Source of the DNA: the human T2T-CHM13v2.0 reference genome, Homo sapiens
Reading direction: 5' to 3' (one strand)
Length of the DNA stretch: 64,000 bases
Assembly: GCF_009914755.1 (NCBI RefSeq)
Contig: NC_060931.1
The position numbers and the translations under genes were made by a program. Under the pieces are notes generated by a model. It did no database searches and was not told the origin of the DNA. It worked only from the letters and a program-made list of their open reading frames with translations. Below are positions 40,501 through 56,566 of this stretch, piece by piece. Numbering within the stretch: position 1 is the first letter of the stretch; every line of letters starts with the position of its first letter.

Positions 40501-41745
40501 AGAATGTAGGCATGCATGGAGGAACTACAGCTCCAGAGTCTGTGATAGTTGGTGGCATGGGTTTCCAGGGCTACTGCAGCAGCATTGGTAATACTGCATG
40601 AGGCTTGGGTGCTTATGGAGCAGCTAGGGAGCTAGAACAAGAAAACAGGCATGTGCAGAACTACAGCAGCTCTGGAGTTCAGAATGTGGATGCTCCTGCT
40701 GTGGCAGTGACTTGCTGTCCTGGGCACATGTGCTCACAAAGCTGTCACAGAGCTGGGATCCAAAGAGTGGGCATGCACAGAGCAACCACAGCTCAAGGAT
40801 CTTGGGTGCAAATAAACCTATTGTGGCAGTGGCTCTGGTGTCCTAGGAATAGGTGCTCAGTGTGGCCATGGAGCTGGGATCTGGAGCATGGGCATATGCA
40901 AGCAGACTGCAGACTGTTGTTGCAAGGTATGGAACAATATGCCTATGCACATACCTGCTCTAGCAATGGCTCTGGTGTCTATGATGCAGGAACTCAGAGA
41001 GAAGCCATTGAGCCAGGGTTAGAGCAACAGTAGCTCTAAGGTCTGGGGTGTCAGCTGGCCCATAGCAGCAGTGGCTTTGGTGTATGAAGCATGTACATGT
41101 GTGATGCAGCCATAGAGTCAGGGTCTGGAATGAAGGTATGCACACAATGGCCACAGCTCTAGGGTTCCGGGTATGCATAGGGTTGGTGGGGCAGTGATAG
41201 CCCCAATCCTAGAGTAGCAGGAAAGTGGCTCCTTCTTGGCTAGAGGGTTGGGGAAGCAGCTTCCTCTCCCAGGAGGTGCACAGTGTCAGTTGTTGCTGGT
41301 TACCTTAGTGGCAAAAGCTGAGGCATCCTCTGTGTAGCAGGCCACTGTGATCCATGCAGATGAACACTAAGGGAACCTCCATTGCCAAAGCTATGGGGAA
41401 TCCATGGCTGTGGCAGGGGCTACTGAGGTCTTTAATGGCAAAAGCTTCCAGGTCCTCTGAAGAGCAGGCCACTGGGGAATGTAGTGGCACCTGATGCATG
41501 GCTGACATTGGTAGTCCCTGCTTTTCTTTGTTACTAGCCATCTTCAGATGTCTCAAGTATACTGCTCTCTCCAGCAATCCTTTCTGTGCTGTTATTATCT
41601 GTTTTTTACTTCACTATGTTCCCATAGGTTTTTATTTGTACTATTAAGCCCTTCCAGGGCTATTTTCATTTGTGAATAGCTGTCTGTTGTTTCTGTGGGG
41701 GAGCAAAGGCTGGTATCTCCTACTCTACCATCTTCCTGATATCAC
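34600..41745 (-). mobile_element. Long (~7 kb) old L1MA-type element including 5' UTR repeats
   Basis: Continuous antisense ORF2/ORF1-like sequence; endonuclease remnant YTFFSSAHRTFSRINYMLGYKTSLNKFKK; GC-richer 5' region at ~40200-41740. Confidence 0.85.
37905..38252 (+). mobile_element. THE1-type MaLR LTR nested in L1
   Basis: ccccacccaaatctcatcttgaattccc..gtctcaggtatatctttatcagcagcatgagaac. Confidence 0.9.
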
Positions 41746-41835
41746 TCTTATTACTTCTGTTTTGAAGGAAGCAGCAAAGTATGATGCGACAGAAATTAAA
41801 GAAATCAAACTAACGGGCTGATTTCATATCCTGAC

Positions 41836-42308
<473 letters not shown>

Positions 42309-43762
42309 CTGAGAAGTAGGCACTATGACATGTGGCCTGAATCTAGGCCTCATAACAACCCAATAAATCCAAAACTGGGCATGCCTCCTGTTAAAGAAAC
42401 CACATCTAACATTATCCCCTTCCTTTCCAAGCCTTCTGCCTCTGTGCTGCTCATGCTTGTCACCCTCTTAGATCAGACAGTTAAGAGCTATACCCTGGCT
42501 CCCAGTCTCTTACTCTTCTCACCAGCCCACTTCTAGCCATCAGTACTCTTTTCAGAAAACACAAATGTGATCTGATCTTTCCCCTGCTCAACATCCTTCA
42601 ATTAGCAACTCGTCCATAAATAACAGCATGTAAACTCTTGTGGTTGGGATTTAACTTCTCTAGTGTGTGGTTCCTACTTTGCTTTCCAGCCTTACCTCCT
42701 GTTTGTAATGTGCCCTCCACTACCACTAACAACTTCACCTCCAATATACTCTAACTGCAAGTGTCCAAACATTTCTTGCATCCTGCTGCCTCTGTACAGA
42801 ATAGAACAAACTTGATATTTTTAATGGGAAATTCAGGGTTTAGTCCATCATTCACCAACTTTGACTTGGTACAAGTCACTTTCCCTCTCTCTTCCTTGAT
42901 TTCATCGTCTATAAATAGGAAACTAGGAAGCATATATACTTTACAGCGTAGTAGTCAGAGTCAAAGGAGAACGATGGTGAAAGCGCATTTTAAGTTGTAA
43001 ATTCACTTCTGGATGATAGTTATTATAAATATGCCATTCCCCTTCCCAATTAGATACTTAGCTCCTGTAGGTAACTGCCTTGTCTTCATTTTGATATCCC
43101 AAATCTCGCAATAATATCTCCTCAAAACATGTGTGCTGAATTGAATGAAAACATTCTGTATTTTAGGTCCTAACAATTACAACATGCATCATTAAAGGTT
43201 TACAAGATACAGGACTATGGAGGACAGAATTCTCACACCCTGACAAATAAATTTTAAAGAAGCCTACAGATGAAAGAATCCATCTCAATAATATGCATTC
43301 TGTTTTCAAAAAGTAATTAGGTCAAAGGAATTAGCACTATTATGATAGGTCTTATTATTACTACTTTTTTATGCTATTTCTAATAATAATACTATTTACA
43401 AGGATCCTGGGAGCTACATAATAGGTAAAGTACAGAAAAAGTCAATGACTATTTTGTAGAAATTTTCACACCTTTAGCATTCATAAGATCCATGAAGTAT
43501 TAGCTTCATAATTCATAAGATCCATGAAAAAGTTTTCAAGATCAATTATTTTTAAACTAAAGGGTAAAAAAATGAAGGAAAATTGAGAGGAAAAGAAGAC
43601 AAAAAGAAGAAAGAAGCTGCCTTTGTTCATTCTTAATTGTATAATTGCATTTTATATTACAATTACCCTTTCTTTCTTTACAAATGGTACTGTCTGAGAA
43701 GGAAAGAATCGGAGAACATAGATTTTGAAAGCTAAAAGTTTCCTTGTGGGTTATCAATTCTG

Positions 43763-44231
43763 CTGTAGTTTGGATATGGTTTGTCTCCCCAAAAATCTCT
43801 TGTTGAAATTTGATCTCCAGTGTGGTGGTGTTGGGAGATGGGGCCTGGTGGGAGGTGTTTGAGTCTTGGAGGTGAATCCCTCATGAATAGATTAATGCCC
43901 TCCCTCAGGGGTGAATACATTCTCACTTTCTTAGTTTGTACAGAGTTCTTAGTTCTTAGTTCTCACTTCTTAGTTCTTAGAGAGTTGGTTGTTAAAAAAG
44001 AGCATGGTACCTCCCTTCTTCTCTTGTTGTCTCTCTCACCATGTGATTTCTTGCACTCAGGCTCCCCTTCACCTTCCACAATGAGTGGACGGAATCTGAG
44101 GTCTGTACCAGATGCAGATGCCAGTGCCATGCTTCTAATACAGTTTGTAGAACTATAAGGAAAATAATCTTCTTTCCTTTATAAATTAGCCTCAGGTAGT
44201 CCATTATAGCAACACAGAATAGACTAAGATA
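43763..44231 (+). mobile_element. MSTB-like MaLR LTR
   Basis: Starts tgctgtagtttggatatggtttgtctcccc, ends agactaagata. Confidence 0.85.
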
Positions 44232-44317
44232 AACTCCTTATTTTTCAAATGAAGAAACTGAGGCATAACGACGATACAGGAATGGCCCAGTGGCTTAAAA
44301 TCTAACAGCAGATTAAC

Positions 44318-44451
44318 TTTCTGCAAATTGATTTGACAGTTATCTTTAAATATATATTCCTTCTAGAAAAGCAGACACTGCTGCTTCTGTCTCATATAAT
44401 GGTCTCTTTATTTCCTATCGAGTCTCTCCAATGTGACAGGAAGTGGTTTTC
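44318..44451 (-). pseudogene. Relic exon KPLPVTLERLDRK*RDHYMRQKQQCLLF*KEYIFKDNCQ
   Basis: ctttag acceptor; RK*RDHYMR ~ GREB1 RKPEDLYVR; donor uncertain. Confidence 0.5.
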
Positions 44452-45434
44452 CTAAAGCTATGATTAATAGCCTCTATGGTTTGTGAGGCACCGCAACTAC
44501 ACTGCAGGGAACAATACTCTAGTGCCCTCACAGAGTTTCTGAGCCTCCCACAGCTACTAATTTACTATGAGGGAGTAGTTTCTAACTCAAGAAGATTAGA
44601 TTCTTCTTTATTATATCAGTATCCTTTTATTTTGTTAACCTAATGCCCTTAACATTTCCCACCATTATACTTCTTTCCTTTCTTTTATACCCAAAGTCCT
44701 TAAAATAAGTAGTGTATGCTTACCACCTCCTTTAACTTTCTCACTGTTTAATCTGCTTTTTGGCTGCTTTCCATATGCCAATATTCTGCACGTCAGGGAC
44801 TTTCCTTTTAGACGAATTCAAATGTCTTTCCTTAATCTTCTCCCTCTTGATTCCTTGGTCATATTACACAAGTTTAACTCTTGCCCTTCTTGAAACTCTT
44901 CCATAATTTGGCTTCCATCATCCTGAACAACAAACTTTCCGACCAACACTGACCACTCCTCTAATTATAACTTATCCTCTTGTCTCTTTTCTGTGGGTAT
45001 TTCTAAAGCTTACTGGTCTTGTTGCTCTCTTCTCTTGGCAAATTTATCTATGCTGATGGCTTCAGTGACCATGTCAATGTTAATGATCCCCAAATCTTGG
45101 TCTTTATTCCTGATCACTCATGAACCTTCTAATCTTATAACTCCACCTGTTCTCTTAGATCTTTGCTATATGCTAACTTATGTCTAAAGCCAAAGTCATT
45201 GTCATACTGACTAAATTGTGCTCCTCTCCAATATACCATTTTAAAAAACACTAGAAATTTCTTTTTTTATATGTCAAACATATAGTCATCTTTACTCCTA
45301 CTTTAAAATGTATTTGAAGAAAGGATTATTCAATTGTATTATTTATTCTTTGTTTTCTTGGTAAATGCCTTCCTTTCTATTATCTGTTGTCATTACCTGC
45401 ATCCATTCACCCACCCATCCATCCATCCACTCAC

Positions 45435-45997
45435 CATCATGCCCTGGTTAATCTTCCTCCAGATAAACCTACTTATAAGTGATCTGTACAAAAAACCCGC
45501 AGTGCCAATTTTCACTTGATTAAGTATATTAAGTGTTCCTGAATATATTAAGCAGTTCCATCTGATATAACTGTTAGTTCTCATCTGCTTCTAACTTGAA
45601 TTCTCTCTAAATTAAGCATCATGTGCCCTAGGCTGTGCTCTGTTACAAAAGGGTGGGATCGGTACAGTTGATAGCAGCTGTACTACGTCCTTTGTTTGTT
45701 CTTATTTGGGTTGGGAGCAGTTCCATGGGGAATAAAGAAGGTGGAGAGAAACATCCCACTACAATGATAGTTTATTTAATAATGTCCTCATGCCAAGGTC
45801 ATCCTCACTCTTATGAAGTATTAATTCAAAATCTCTAGTTGTCATTTCTAGATTTTGCCAAAGAGTTACTTCCCTTCATGAGGCACAGCTTCCAACAATG
45901 TAGAGCCCTTGGCTGCTTTACTTGGAGAGTCTGGCTTCTGTGCCAAATATATGTATCATTCTGTGTACTTTCTAGCTGCAGTCTCTTTAAAAGCCAA
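45435..45997 (-). pseudogene. Large relic exon including the degenerate P-loop-like region of GREB1
   Basis: cccacag / ATG|gtgagt; DFELILHKSEDDLGMRTLLNKLSL*WDVSLHLLYS ~ VYDMVVSTDSSGLPKAASLLPSPSVMWASSFRPLLS; QVKIGTAGFLYRSLISRFI ~ QIGKTGAYLQFLSVLSRML. Confidence 0.75.
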
Positions 45998-47495
45998 CTG
46001 TGGGTAATCATCTCAGGGAATAGGCATCTATGTTGTAACCCTTGAAGAATGTTAGCAATCTTTTATTTTTCTCCATAATTTTAAAGTCTTGTTTCATAAG
46101 CTTATTTATTCTCTGACTTCATTTGGCAAATATTGTTTGACAAATATTCTTGAGCTACTACCATTGGATACCAGGTATTTTGTTTGGTTCTGAGAATAAA
46201 ATGTGAAATCTAATAGGCCCACACTGTGCCTTCATAGAGTGGGGAGGACAGATACCGGACAAACAATTACAAAGAAGTTTGAGGAGTATAATGAGGGAAG
46301 TACAGAGTTCTGTGGAAGCACTTGGTATTAGCATAGCTATCTCAGTTCCACTACTTGCTGGCAGAGAGATCATAATAAAGTTGCTTAACCACTCAAAGGT
46401 TCATTTCCTCGTATGTAAAACTGTGGCCAATAATAGCACCTGCTTCATAGATTATTTTTATTAGGATTAAATTTTTAAAAACACATTTAGCGCAGTATTT
46501 GGCACATAGTAAGTACCCAATAAATGTTAACTGCAATAATAAAATAACATTAATTTTACATTCCAAATCATTTTATTGCATTAATTTATACTTCTAAAAC
46601 TTTAAAGTCGTTTTTTTTAATTCTCGGCAGCTATATTTTTTCACTTCTGACTCAAGGCTTTTAAAACTTCTTTATGTTTGTCTATTAATTCAGTTCCTCA
46701 GGCATTATTTTATTCAACAAATATTTATTGGGTGCCCACTATATACCAGACTCTGTGTCAGGCACTGATAATAAAATGCTGAGCACAACAAATAGGATCC
46801 TTTCCCTGAGGAGCTTACAGTCTACTGAAACGGATGGGCATTAAATAAACCATCACAGGAAGAAGTACAGGATCACAAATGGTCTCAACATAGGTGTAAG
46901 TACATTTAAAGAAAAAAAGATAATGATCTTTAACAGGGCAAAGGCAAATGAGATTCAAGCTATAAAATTAGAACTAGTCCTAATGTCATGAAAATATTAT
47001 ACTTTCTTCTAAAGCCCCAATCCTAAAATAATACGGATTAATCTTAAAGGCTAGAATATGTGTTTCCAATAAGCTACTTCTTTGCTCTATAAGGTAGCTG
47101 AAAAAAACATACTATTTATTACAATTTTGCAATGGGCTACATTATTCAAATAAGGACAGTTTAAACATGGTCACATCATTTAAAATGATAGCTACACGAA
47201 AACTCTGTTAACATTAGAAATATACTATTCTATTTCAATCCAACAATGCCAGCTGCAACATACATGTTTGTTTTGCCAGTGAAAACAAGCAGACACATTA
47301 ATGAATACACTGATGTTTTATTTAATTTGTTTCCAGGCCCCAGCTCAAAGTGCTTTAAAATGTGGATTCTGGAATCTACCCTAACTGTGAAAACTGTGGC
47401 CAGTTACTTAGAATCTCAGTGCTCAGTTTCTTTATTTAGTAAAGTGGGGTTAACAATAGTATCTACCTGAAGTGTTAGAAGAGAATGTGACATGT

Positions 47496-47636
47496 GCCAG
47501 GTGTGGTGGCTCATGCCTGTAATCTTAGCTCTTATGGAGGGAGGGGTAGGAAGATAGCTGGAGCCCAGGAGTTTGAGACTTGCCTGGACAATATAGCAAG
47601 ATCCTGTTCTCCAAAATAAGGAAAAAAAAGAGACAA
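47496..47636 (+). mobile_element. FLAM/Alu monomer
   Basis: Single Alu arm with a 19-bp TSD agaagagaatgtgacatgt. Confidence 0.85.
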
Positions 47637-47710
47637 AGAAGAGAATGTGACATGTATTGAGAACCCAGTAATACTATGAATGAAATGGTAGCTATTGACG
47701 CTAAGCTTAA

Positions 47711-48073
47711 TTTTTTTTCTTTTTCTTTTTCTGTTTTTTTGTTTTGTTTCTTTTTGTTGTTGTTATTTTGTTTTGTGTGTGTGTGTGTGTGTGACAGAGT
47801 TTCGCTCTTGTTGCCCAAGCTGGAGTGCAATGCCGCGATCTGGGCTCACCGCAACCTCCGCTTGCTGGGTTCAAGTGAGTCTTCTGAGTCAGCCTCCCAA
47901 GCAGCTGAAATTACAGGCATATGCCACCACACCTGGCTAATGTTGTATTTTTAGTAGAGATAGGGTTTCTCCATGTTGGTCAGGCTGGTCTCGAACTCCC
48001 GACCTCAGGTGATCACCCCCACTTTGACCTCCCAAAGTGCTGGGATTACAGGCGTGAGCCCCCACACCCAGCC
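47711..48073 (-). mobile_element. AluSp/Sq-like element with a compound T/TG tail
   Basis: gagtttcgctcttgttgcc signature. Confidence 0.9.
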
Positions 48074-48874
48074 TCTAAGGTTAAATTTTTAAAAATGAAG
48101 GATATGACTTAGGGTGACCAGACTCCCTAAGTTGCTGGGGACTGTAGGGTTTCACCTGAGGAAGAACTTCCAGTGAGTCTCGTGAACCAATGATGAAATG
48201 TATGATGAATCAAGAATCATGATAAATCTAATTTGGAATACTTGAGGGTCATGAATTTTAGTCCTTGAATTTTGATTGGTTAACAATATTTTAGTGTTTG
48301 CCATATCCCAGAAGCAGAAAGCCAGGGAATAATAAATGCCGCCTCAAGCACACCTAGACCAGTCTACTCCTTCCTAAAATAGGCAGAATTTACCACCTAT
48401 GCTTTAACAAAGGCTTGAATAAGCAGAGCATTTAGAGAGGAGAGTTCAAGGTAACAGAGAGACCACTGGTCTTTAGATATGTCCTAAGAGCATCCCAATA
48501 GGTATAGAATGGAGAATAATGCTAAATTAAATTCTGGCATTCTTGCTTTTTTCTTATTCTTCTCATGGAAGGTATATATATTATCTGATGTATTGCTTCC
48601 TTTATAAACCTTGAACCTTAATATGGTGTCTAGCAAATGTTTGGTTTTTAGCAACAAATTGTAGAGTTGAATATTTCTTAAGGCTGAAGAGATAAACTTT
48701 TTATATTCATTTTTTTCACTTTACAGATCAGTGCCTATTGCAAATTTATAGATCAATTTAAAGAGAATTAGAAAGTTCCAAAGTTTGTTGTCACACAATT
48801 GACTTTGCAGGTTGGTATTTATTTTATCAAACATCACTTACATGCCCTTTACAAATCTAGCTTTGGGAAATTAC

Positions 48875-49086
48875 CGTGGTTAGTTTTCTTAGCTCATGCT
48901 TCACAATGTATGCAGTTTTGCCAATTGTTGTAATGTCAATATGGGAAATATAATATGCTAAATACAGCTACTGTATTTAGCAACTGTTCCAGTAAAGCAT
49001 TCTCCAGCTGTCTGGGAGTCACAATCCGTAGTCTTAAATAGATGTATCTGTCATCAGTTTCATTAGCTTCGGATTATATGTATCAT
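48875..49086 (-). pseudogene. Relic exon ..DDRYIYLRLRIVTPRQLENALLEQLLNTVA[10-nt insert]YYISHIDITTIGK..
   Basis: YLRLRIVTPRQLENALLEQLLNTVAYYIS aligns without gaps to GREB1 [29 protein letters not shown] once the insertion at 48957-48966 is removed; boundaries approximate (alternative gtaagt donor ends the exon at 48842). Confidence 0.75.
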
Positions 49087-51287
49087 CTGTTGGTTTTGGG
49101 TGTAAACTGGCGTGTGCAAATGTTTTTCTCATAATATATTTTTTTAAAAGGCACACAATTCCATAGATATTCATTTTATTCCACAAATTCAGAATCCACA
49201 AATAATTTTGTATTTTAATTATATGTTATATTCTCATTTATTTGATATATTATTAATTATTATCATCTATTTCATTTATTATATCCATTATATTTTCATT
49301 TCTGATGCCAGAATCCACCTGTGACTATTAAAGATGTAGAGAGGTCTGTTTGCCTTACATCATTCCCTAGTTCTTGCTGAGCATGTACTTAATGGGAAGC
49401 TGCAGCAGAGGACTGGGACAGCCTTAAATTGTTGGGGAAATGGTAACGGAGAGTCTATTTTCATCAAATTGAGAGGCTGAGTGATTAATGTACATGCAAT
49501 AAACTTAATAGATTTGAGGCAGTTTGCACGGTAAGTACAGATGGGCTAATGACATACAAAAGTAAAAGGAGAAAATCTTTATTAAAAGATCCTACAACAC
49601 AGAAATGTATAAGTAAAGACATAGACTTTAACCCTGAGCTTCCTCGTTCACAAGGGTAAAAGAGAAAAACAGGACAGTTACTTCACTTTAATTGTTTAGA
49701 ACAATGACTCCCAAATTAGTACTCCCTAAGGAAAGTTAAAGACAAGTAATTAGGACCTGGGTATCTCTCATCCCTGAGTCAAACAAAGCAGCTCCATGTT
49801 CACCTGTTTTCCATATTAGACCAGTTTCCGTATTAACAGCACTGGGGAATGAGAGAAGGGAAGGTTTAGTTTGTAGTACCTGAGATTTCTGGGGTGTAAA
49901 TGTACATACTATGTCCAATTTCAAGCTATCAACATGACATAACCAATCACAATGTTGGGAAGAGATGCGCACAGTTGACTCTCATGAGGTAAATTCTTGT
50001 CTGGATGACTGATTGGCCTCTTTAGTGCATCTGCTGTGCAAATGACAATTAATTACCAGTGATATGTTGATCACTCCAAGTATATCTCTGGCTTCTCTTT
50101 CTCTCCTTAGCCTTTAGAATCATTTTCTAATTACCTATTGGATATCTTTATTTTCAGGTTCAGCAGACAATTTGTACTCAGTATGTCCAAAACCAAATTC
50201 ACTCCCCCATATACACACATATACTCCTGAATTCCCTCTCTCTTAATGGCATCATTATCTGCCCAATCATTGACAAGGAAACATGGGAGGTATCCTAGAA
50301 AACTTTACCTTCCACATCAGTTGAGCATCAAAGACTATTTTTTTTCCCAAAAAATACTTGTCAAATCAATCCTATTCTCTCCTTCTTTATCTGTACTCCT
50401 TTAGTTCAGACCTTCATTTTTTGTATTATAATAACCTCTCTACTGGTTTGACCTTTTCCCATTCATTTCCAAATTTTTATGAGTTATTTTACCAAATATG
50501 GTTTGTATAACAAAACACTCATTGAAAACTACTCAATGAAAATCCGTGGACCTCACAGACACTAAAATGTTTTGCTACAGTTTGCTTCCAGCCTATTTTT
50601 TCATTTTCATCTGCTAATGAATCTTCTATAATAAAGATGTTAAAAAATAATTTCTGCTCCTTCTCAACCACAAGCTTAAGACAGATATCACAAATTAATC
50701 ACAGCCAAGCTTTCACATGGAATAAGGATATAGCTTCAGAAATCTCATCATTCAACCGTGGCTTTCAAGCAGCTACCTACACACTCACAGGAATTTGTTC
50801 GTGAAAGGCAGCATACTTGGCACCCATTTATCCTCTCTTCCAGTTTTTATACCATAGCAATACTTGTCATTCAAAGGACACACCATGTGGAATTATGCCA
50901 TCATGCCTTTGAACATGCTATTCCCTTTACCTGAATTATCTTCCCCATTCATGTTTTTCATATATTTACCTTTCATCTTTCAAATTTTCTCTCAGGTGTC
51001 ACTTTTTCTTTGACATTTCCATGACACCGTCCAATCCCCTGGCTCAAAGAGATGAGGAGAATCCAATAAGTCAATAAGAAAAACCTTACTTCATCAATAG
51101 AAACTAGATAGAAATATAACTCTAAAGCTCTATATCCTTTCTTTCTATGTCTTTTAAAAAGAAGCAAAAACATTGAGGCTATAAAATATAGAAAACATTT
51201 TTAAATCAGAAAGAAAGAAATATATACATTTCAGGAAGATTTTTCTACCACTATATATAACGCTATGTCTAAATAGGATTTTCTTAC

Positions 51288-51617
51288 AAACTTCTGAGAA
51301 TTAGAAAAAAATCATTTCTTGAGTATTCTTTGGAATTGTCATTTCAATGGTGATGAGAAACATGCATTTGAAAGACAATATGAATAACAATATGCTTTGT
51401 CTAATGTCTGCTCTCAGTATTTGACTGGTATACTTGGAGGAAATCCATGAAATATTTGACCATAAAATTGTCAACACTGCAAGAGGATTTTCCTTGCCTG
51501 ATGTAAGGTTGCCAGATATTTAGTTTGAACTCAACTATATGGATAAATAAGAATCTCCATCTAAGTTATGAACAATTATTGTCCTTGATTTCCTATTCCA
51601 CATCACCAGCAATGATC
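51288..51617 (-). pseudogene. Candidate relic exon (..SSCSVDNFMVKYFMDFLQVYQS..)
   Basis: cctag / gtaaga; KYFMDFLQVYQ ~ GREB1 KHFVKQLRMWQ. Confidence 0.4.
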
Positions 51618-53469
51618 CTAGGTTCTTAAATATTCACCACAGAAACAACCTAAGTTTATATATTTTGCAGTATAGACTTTTTTTCCCTTCTCCTTCCAAG
51701 GCTCATTTTTTAAATTCATTATTTTCTCATTTCTTAAATCAGAGATTCTTAGGATGAGTTTATGGTGTCCATAAACCCTTAACACTACATATAAAACATG
51801 CAAAATATATGTATATTTTTCTTGGGAATAGTATAGTTTTAATATTTTTTACAAAGGTATGTGCCACAAAAAACCCATGAAAGACTGATCCATTAAAAGT
51901 TGCTTTCTGTTCAATATTCCCTCTTGAACAATATTTTCCTTTTATTATTTGCTATGTGCTCAATCTTCTACAACTGTGAGAGCTTCATTTCCCATTTATA
52001 TTTAGATGATATCCTGATTATGGACAACAGCTACTACACTCAGACTCGCTCTTAAGCTCCAGATCTGTATTTCTAAATGCTACTGGACTGACCCCTTAAC
52101 CTCATTATGTCATTCCAAAATAATGACTGAAGGCCAATTCATTGGATTTGGCACTGGAAAGACAAGGCGGCCTGCCTTCAAAGACATTTTTATACAACTA
52201 TCCTTTACTGAGCACATAATGTGTTCTAGGAATTGTGCTACATATTTTACCTTAAAAATTGCATCCCATTTAATTCTCACAACAAATCTGTGAGGTTTAC
52301 AGATAAGGAAATTGAGGTTTCAGAGAAATTACATAACCTACTTAAAATTATGTAATAACTTAGTTGGGAAGACCAAATTTGAATTGATTTTGTCTGTCTC
52401 TAGGGTCCAAGTTTTTATCACTATGTACTTCTTTTAATAGTTCATGGTTGGAAGGAGGTCATTGCGATAGCATTTACACTATGGCAAGCACAGGATCACC
52501 TACTACTTAAAAATCCTCTGCAATTACCAGTGGCCTCAATAACCAAGTCCATACTCTTTAGCTCAGTTTATAATTTGGCCTCAACCTACATCTCAGTCCT
52601 CAATTGCCAGCATATTCTCCATCTACAGTCTAGCACCCAGTTACACCAGACTATTGATCCTTTCTTCAATACATCATGTTCTCCTCTCATGCTTCTCTGC
52701 CTTGTATATGTCATCCAGTAGGCTGGAAATTCACTTGTCCCTCTTGTCTTCTTAGGAGAATTATTTTATTTTCATAACCTATTCAAATGAGTGTCACCTT
52801 CTAAGTAATTCACTGAGGCAAAATTAGTGAATTTGCCTCCCTGTTCTCTTATAACACTTATGCCCTTACCATAGGGCTTGGATGTAATCATTTGTTTACT
52901 GATCTTTCTCCATTCCTAGATAAATCCCTTGGGGAGAGGAGCTATGTTAGGTTTCTCTTGCGCCAGTGATGGTAGTGCATTACCTAGAACATATGGCAGG
53001 TTATTCAGTAAGTGTTTGTATAATGAATAGTATTCAATCTTTATCTGCCTTTGATGTTGAGCATCTTTATAGAGACAGAAAACCTCAATATAATGTTATC
53101 TTTGATATGGCCATTTTCTGTATACATAAATATCATTTAAGTAATATTACATAAATGCTCCACAAAATATGGATAGCTTTTACATTTTTATGTATACTTT
53201 TGACATTGTTTTCTAGAAGTTTGACTTTAACTCTTCAACTGTTTGACCAGCTGACACATATATGGAGGGGAAACTATTATATGGGGCTATGAATAAGGTG
53301 ATATTTTCTAACTTGCTTGCTTGGTAAAAGAATTTTTTGTGTAAGAAATGAGATTTCAGAAAAGTCACAATTAAAAAAAGAAAAAAAAATAAGAAAAGAC
53401 TTGGAAGAGGTATGAGAAAACCCATGACAGTCTGTTCAAGAAGAAGATGGCAATGATTAATGTTGGAGA

Positions 53470-55130
<1,661 letters not shown>

Positions 55131-55287
55131 AAGTACTTTTTACATAGCATTGTTGTAAGACTAAATTAAAGAAAGTATGTAAAGTGCACAGGACCTGTAA
55201 TCGATAAATACTAATTCTTATTTTTTTTTTAAAGAATCGAATGGTAAAGATGGCTTTCATTCATTTGGGGGAATTAAAAATAATTAC

Positions 55288-55630
55288 AGTTTATATGAGA
55301 TATGGAAAGAGGATACAAATCTGTTAAAATATTTTTTTCAAAATACTTCGTATAGGGCTAATGAATCAAAGGGACCACTTTATCCACATTTTCCTGACTA
55401 GTGAAATTTGCGCTAATGTAGGTACACCAAGCTGTACTTCTTATAAGTATCACTACAATAACAAACACCTAGGGATGGACACAGCACTCCATCCAATAAC
55501 TGTGTGAACTCATTACCTAATTATTATTATAACTAATATGTTGGTTGCTATATCACATAACAGATATGAAAAAATACAATGTAATCACAACAACGTCAGA
55601 GTTTCATATCATCGTTAATAGAGCTACTGG
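55288..55630 (-). pseudogene. Degraded relic exon (..VILIRST / QLGVPTLAQISLVRK..)
   Basis: tttgctacag acceptor; patches resemble GREB1 MVLLRVP and PLAVVAYERLAHVR, across several frameshifts. Confidence 0.45.
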
Positions 55631-55971
55631 CTGTAGCAAAAATATTTTAAATTATCAAAGCTAACCTATAATCTTTTCACAGGTACAATATGTAGTGGTG
55701 AACATTTAACTTTAAATAGCACAGCACATTGTAAAAGTCACCCTATGTCATAAGAAGTGTATAAAAATAATTGTTTATGATTCTACATCCCTGAAAAATG
55801 TGCATGCTGCACGAAATGTTTAATGTGTCCTTGACCAAAAGGGAATACAACATTAATTTTGTTTTGAGGACAAGTGGACTCCAGACAAAAGACAAAAATA
55901 GGTAACTTAGGTAGATACAACAGTTTTAGAAAATTCTGTTCCTGAGGTGGTGGGATTTTTAGGGAACTTAC

Positions 55972-56245
55972 CTTTCTCAAGAACATAATTTCAAAAGACA
56001 CTCTGTAAATTCATCAAAGTTTAATGATGAAGAGACACAATAAATGTTATGAAGTTTAGTGGTGGATACTTTGGAAGTGAATGCCAAAGATTACAATTTA
56101 GAGAAGACCACAACCAAGAAACAGTTAACAAAGTTTTAGTTGAATGAAAAATTTTAAAAAAGTACATCCAATTTCTTCAAAAAATTTGTTTCTTCTGCGA
56201 TTCCAGGTTTAATTTTGGTTATCCCATGACAAGTGGTTCACAACA
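55972..56245 (-). pseudogene. Relic exon VL*TTCHGITKIKPGIAEETNFLKKLD.../TVSWLWSSLNCNLWHSLPKY.../LNFDEFTECLLK
   Basis: Long polypyrimidine cccag acceptor, AAG|gtaagt donor; VSWLWSSLNCNLWHSLPKY ~ GREB1 IHWPASCSNGVDLYHENKKY; frameshifts present. Confidence 0.65.
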
Positions 56246-56453
56246 CTGGGAAAAGAAAGGAAAAAAAAGAAAAAATATATTTTATTTGCATAGTTCATAT
56301 TTTTAATATTAATGTACATATCTAAGAATGTTTTCTTCATAGAGCTTTCATTCTACTTTTGTTTTATATGTAATTAAAATTGAAGAGGATTTGACATCCC
56401 AAATCCTTTTTAAATGTTTTTCTGTATATGGTCAGCAGAAAACACAAAATATA

Positions 56454-56566
56454 GTGATCCTTCCACCTCAGTCTCCTAAGTAGCTGGGACTATAGGAACG
56501 TGCCACCACACCCAGCTATTTGTTTATTTTTCATAGAGATAGGGTCTCACTATGTTGCACATGCTC
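56454..56566 (-). mobile_element. AluJ-like middle fragment (inverted half of a split Alu)
   Basis: Minus strand reads caacatagtgagaccct..gaggtggaaggatcac. Confidence 0.85.

Noticed and set aside
40190-41577. Cluster of 65-142 aa ORFs in GC-richer sequence
   Set aside because: Lies in the repetitive 5' UTR of the old L1; no homology recognised
43480-43527. 17-bp direct repeat ttcataagatccatgaa with a spacer
   Set aside because: Only two copies in eukaryotic DNA; ordinary slippage duplication, not CRISPR-like
43667-43731. AG/GT-bounded segment FQNLCSPILSFSDSTICKERK
   Set aside because: Could be an exon, but there is no convincing collinear GREB1 match
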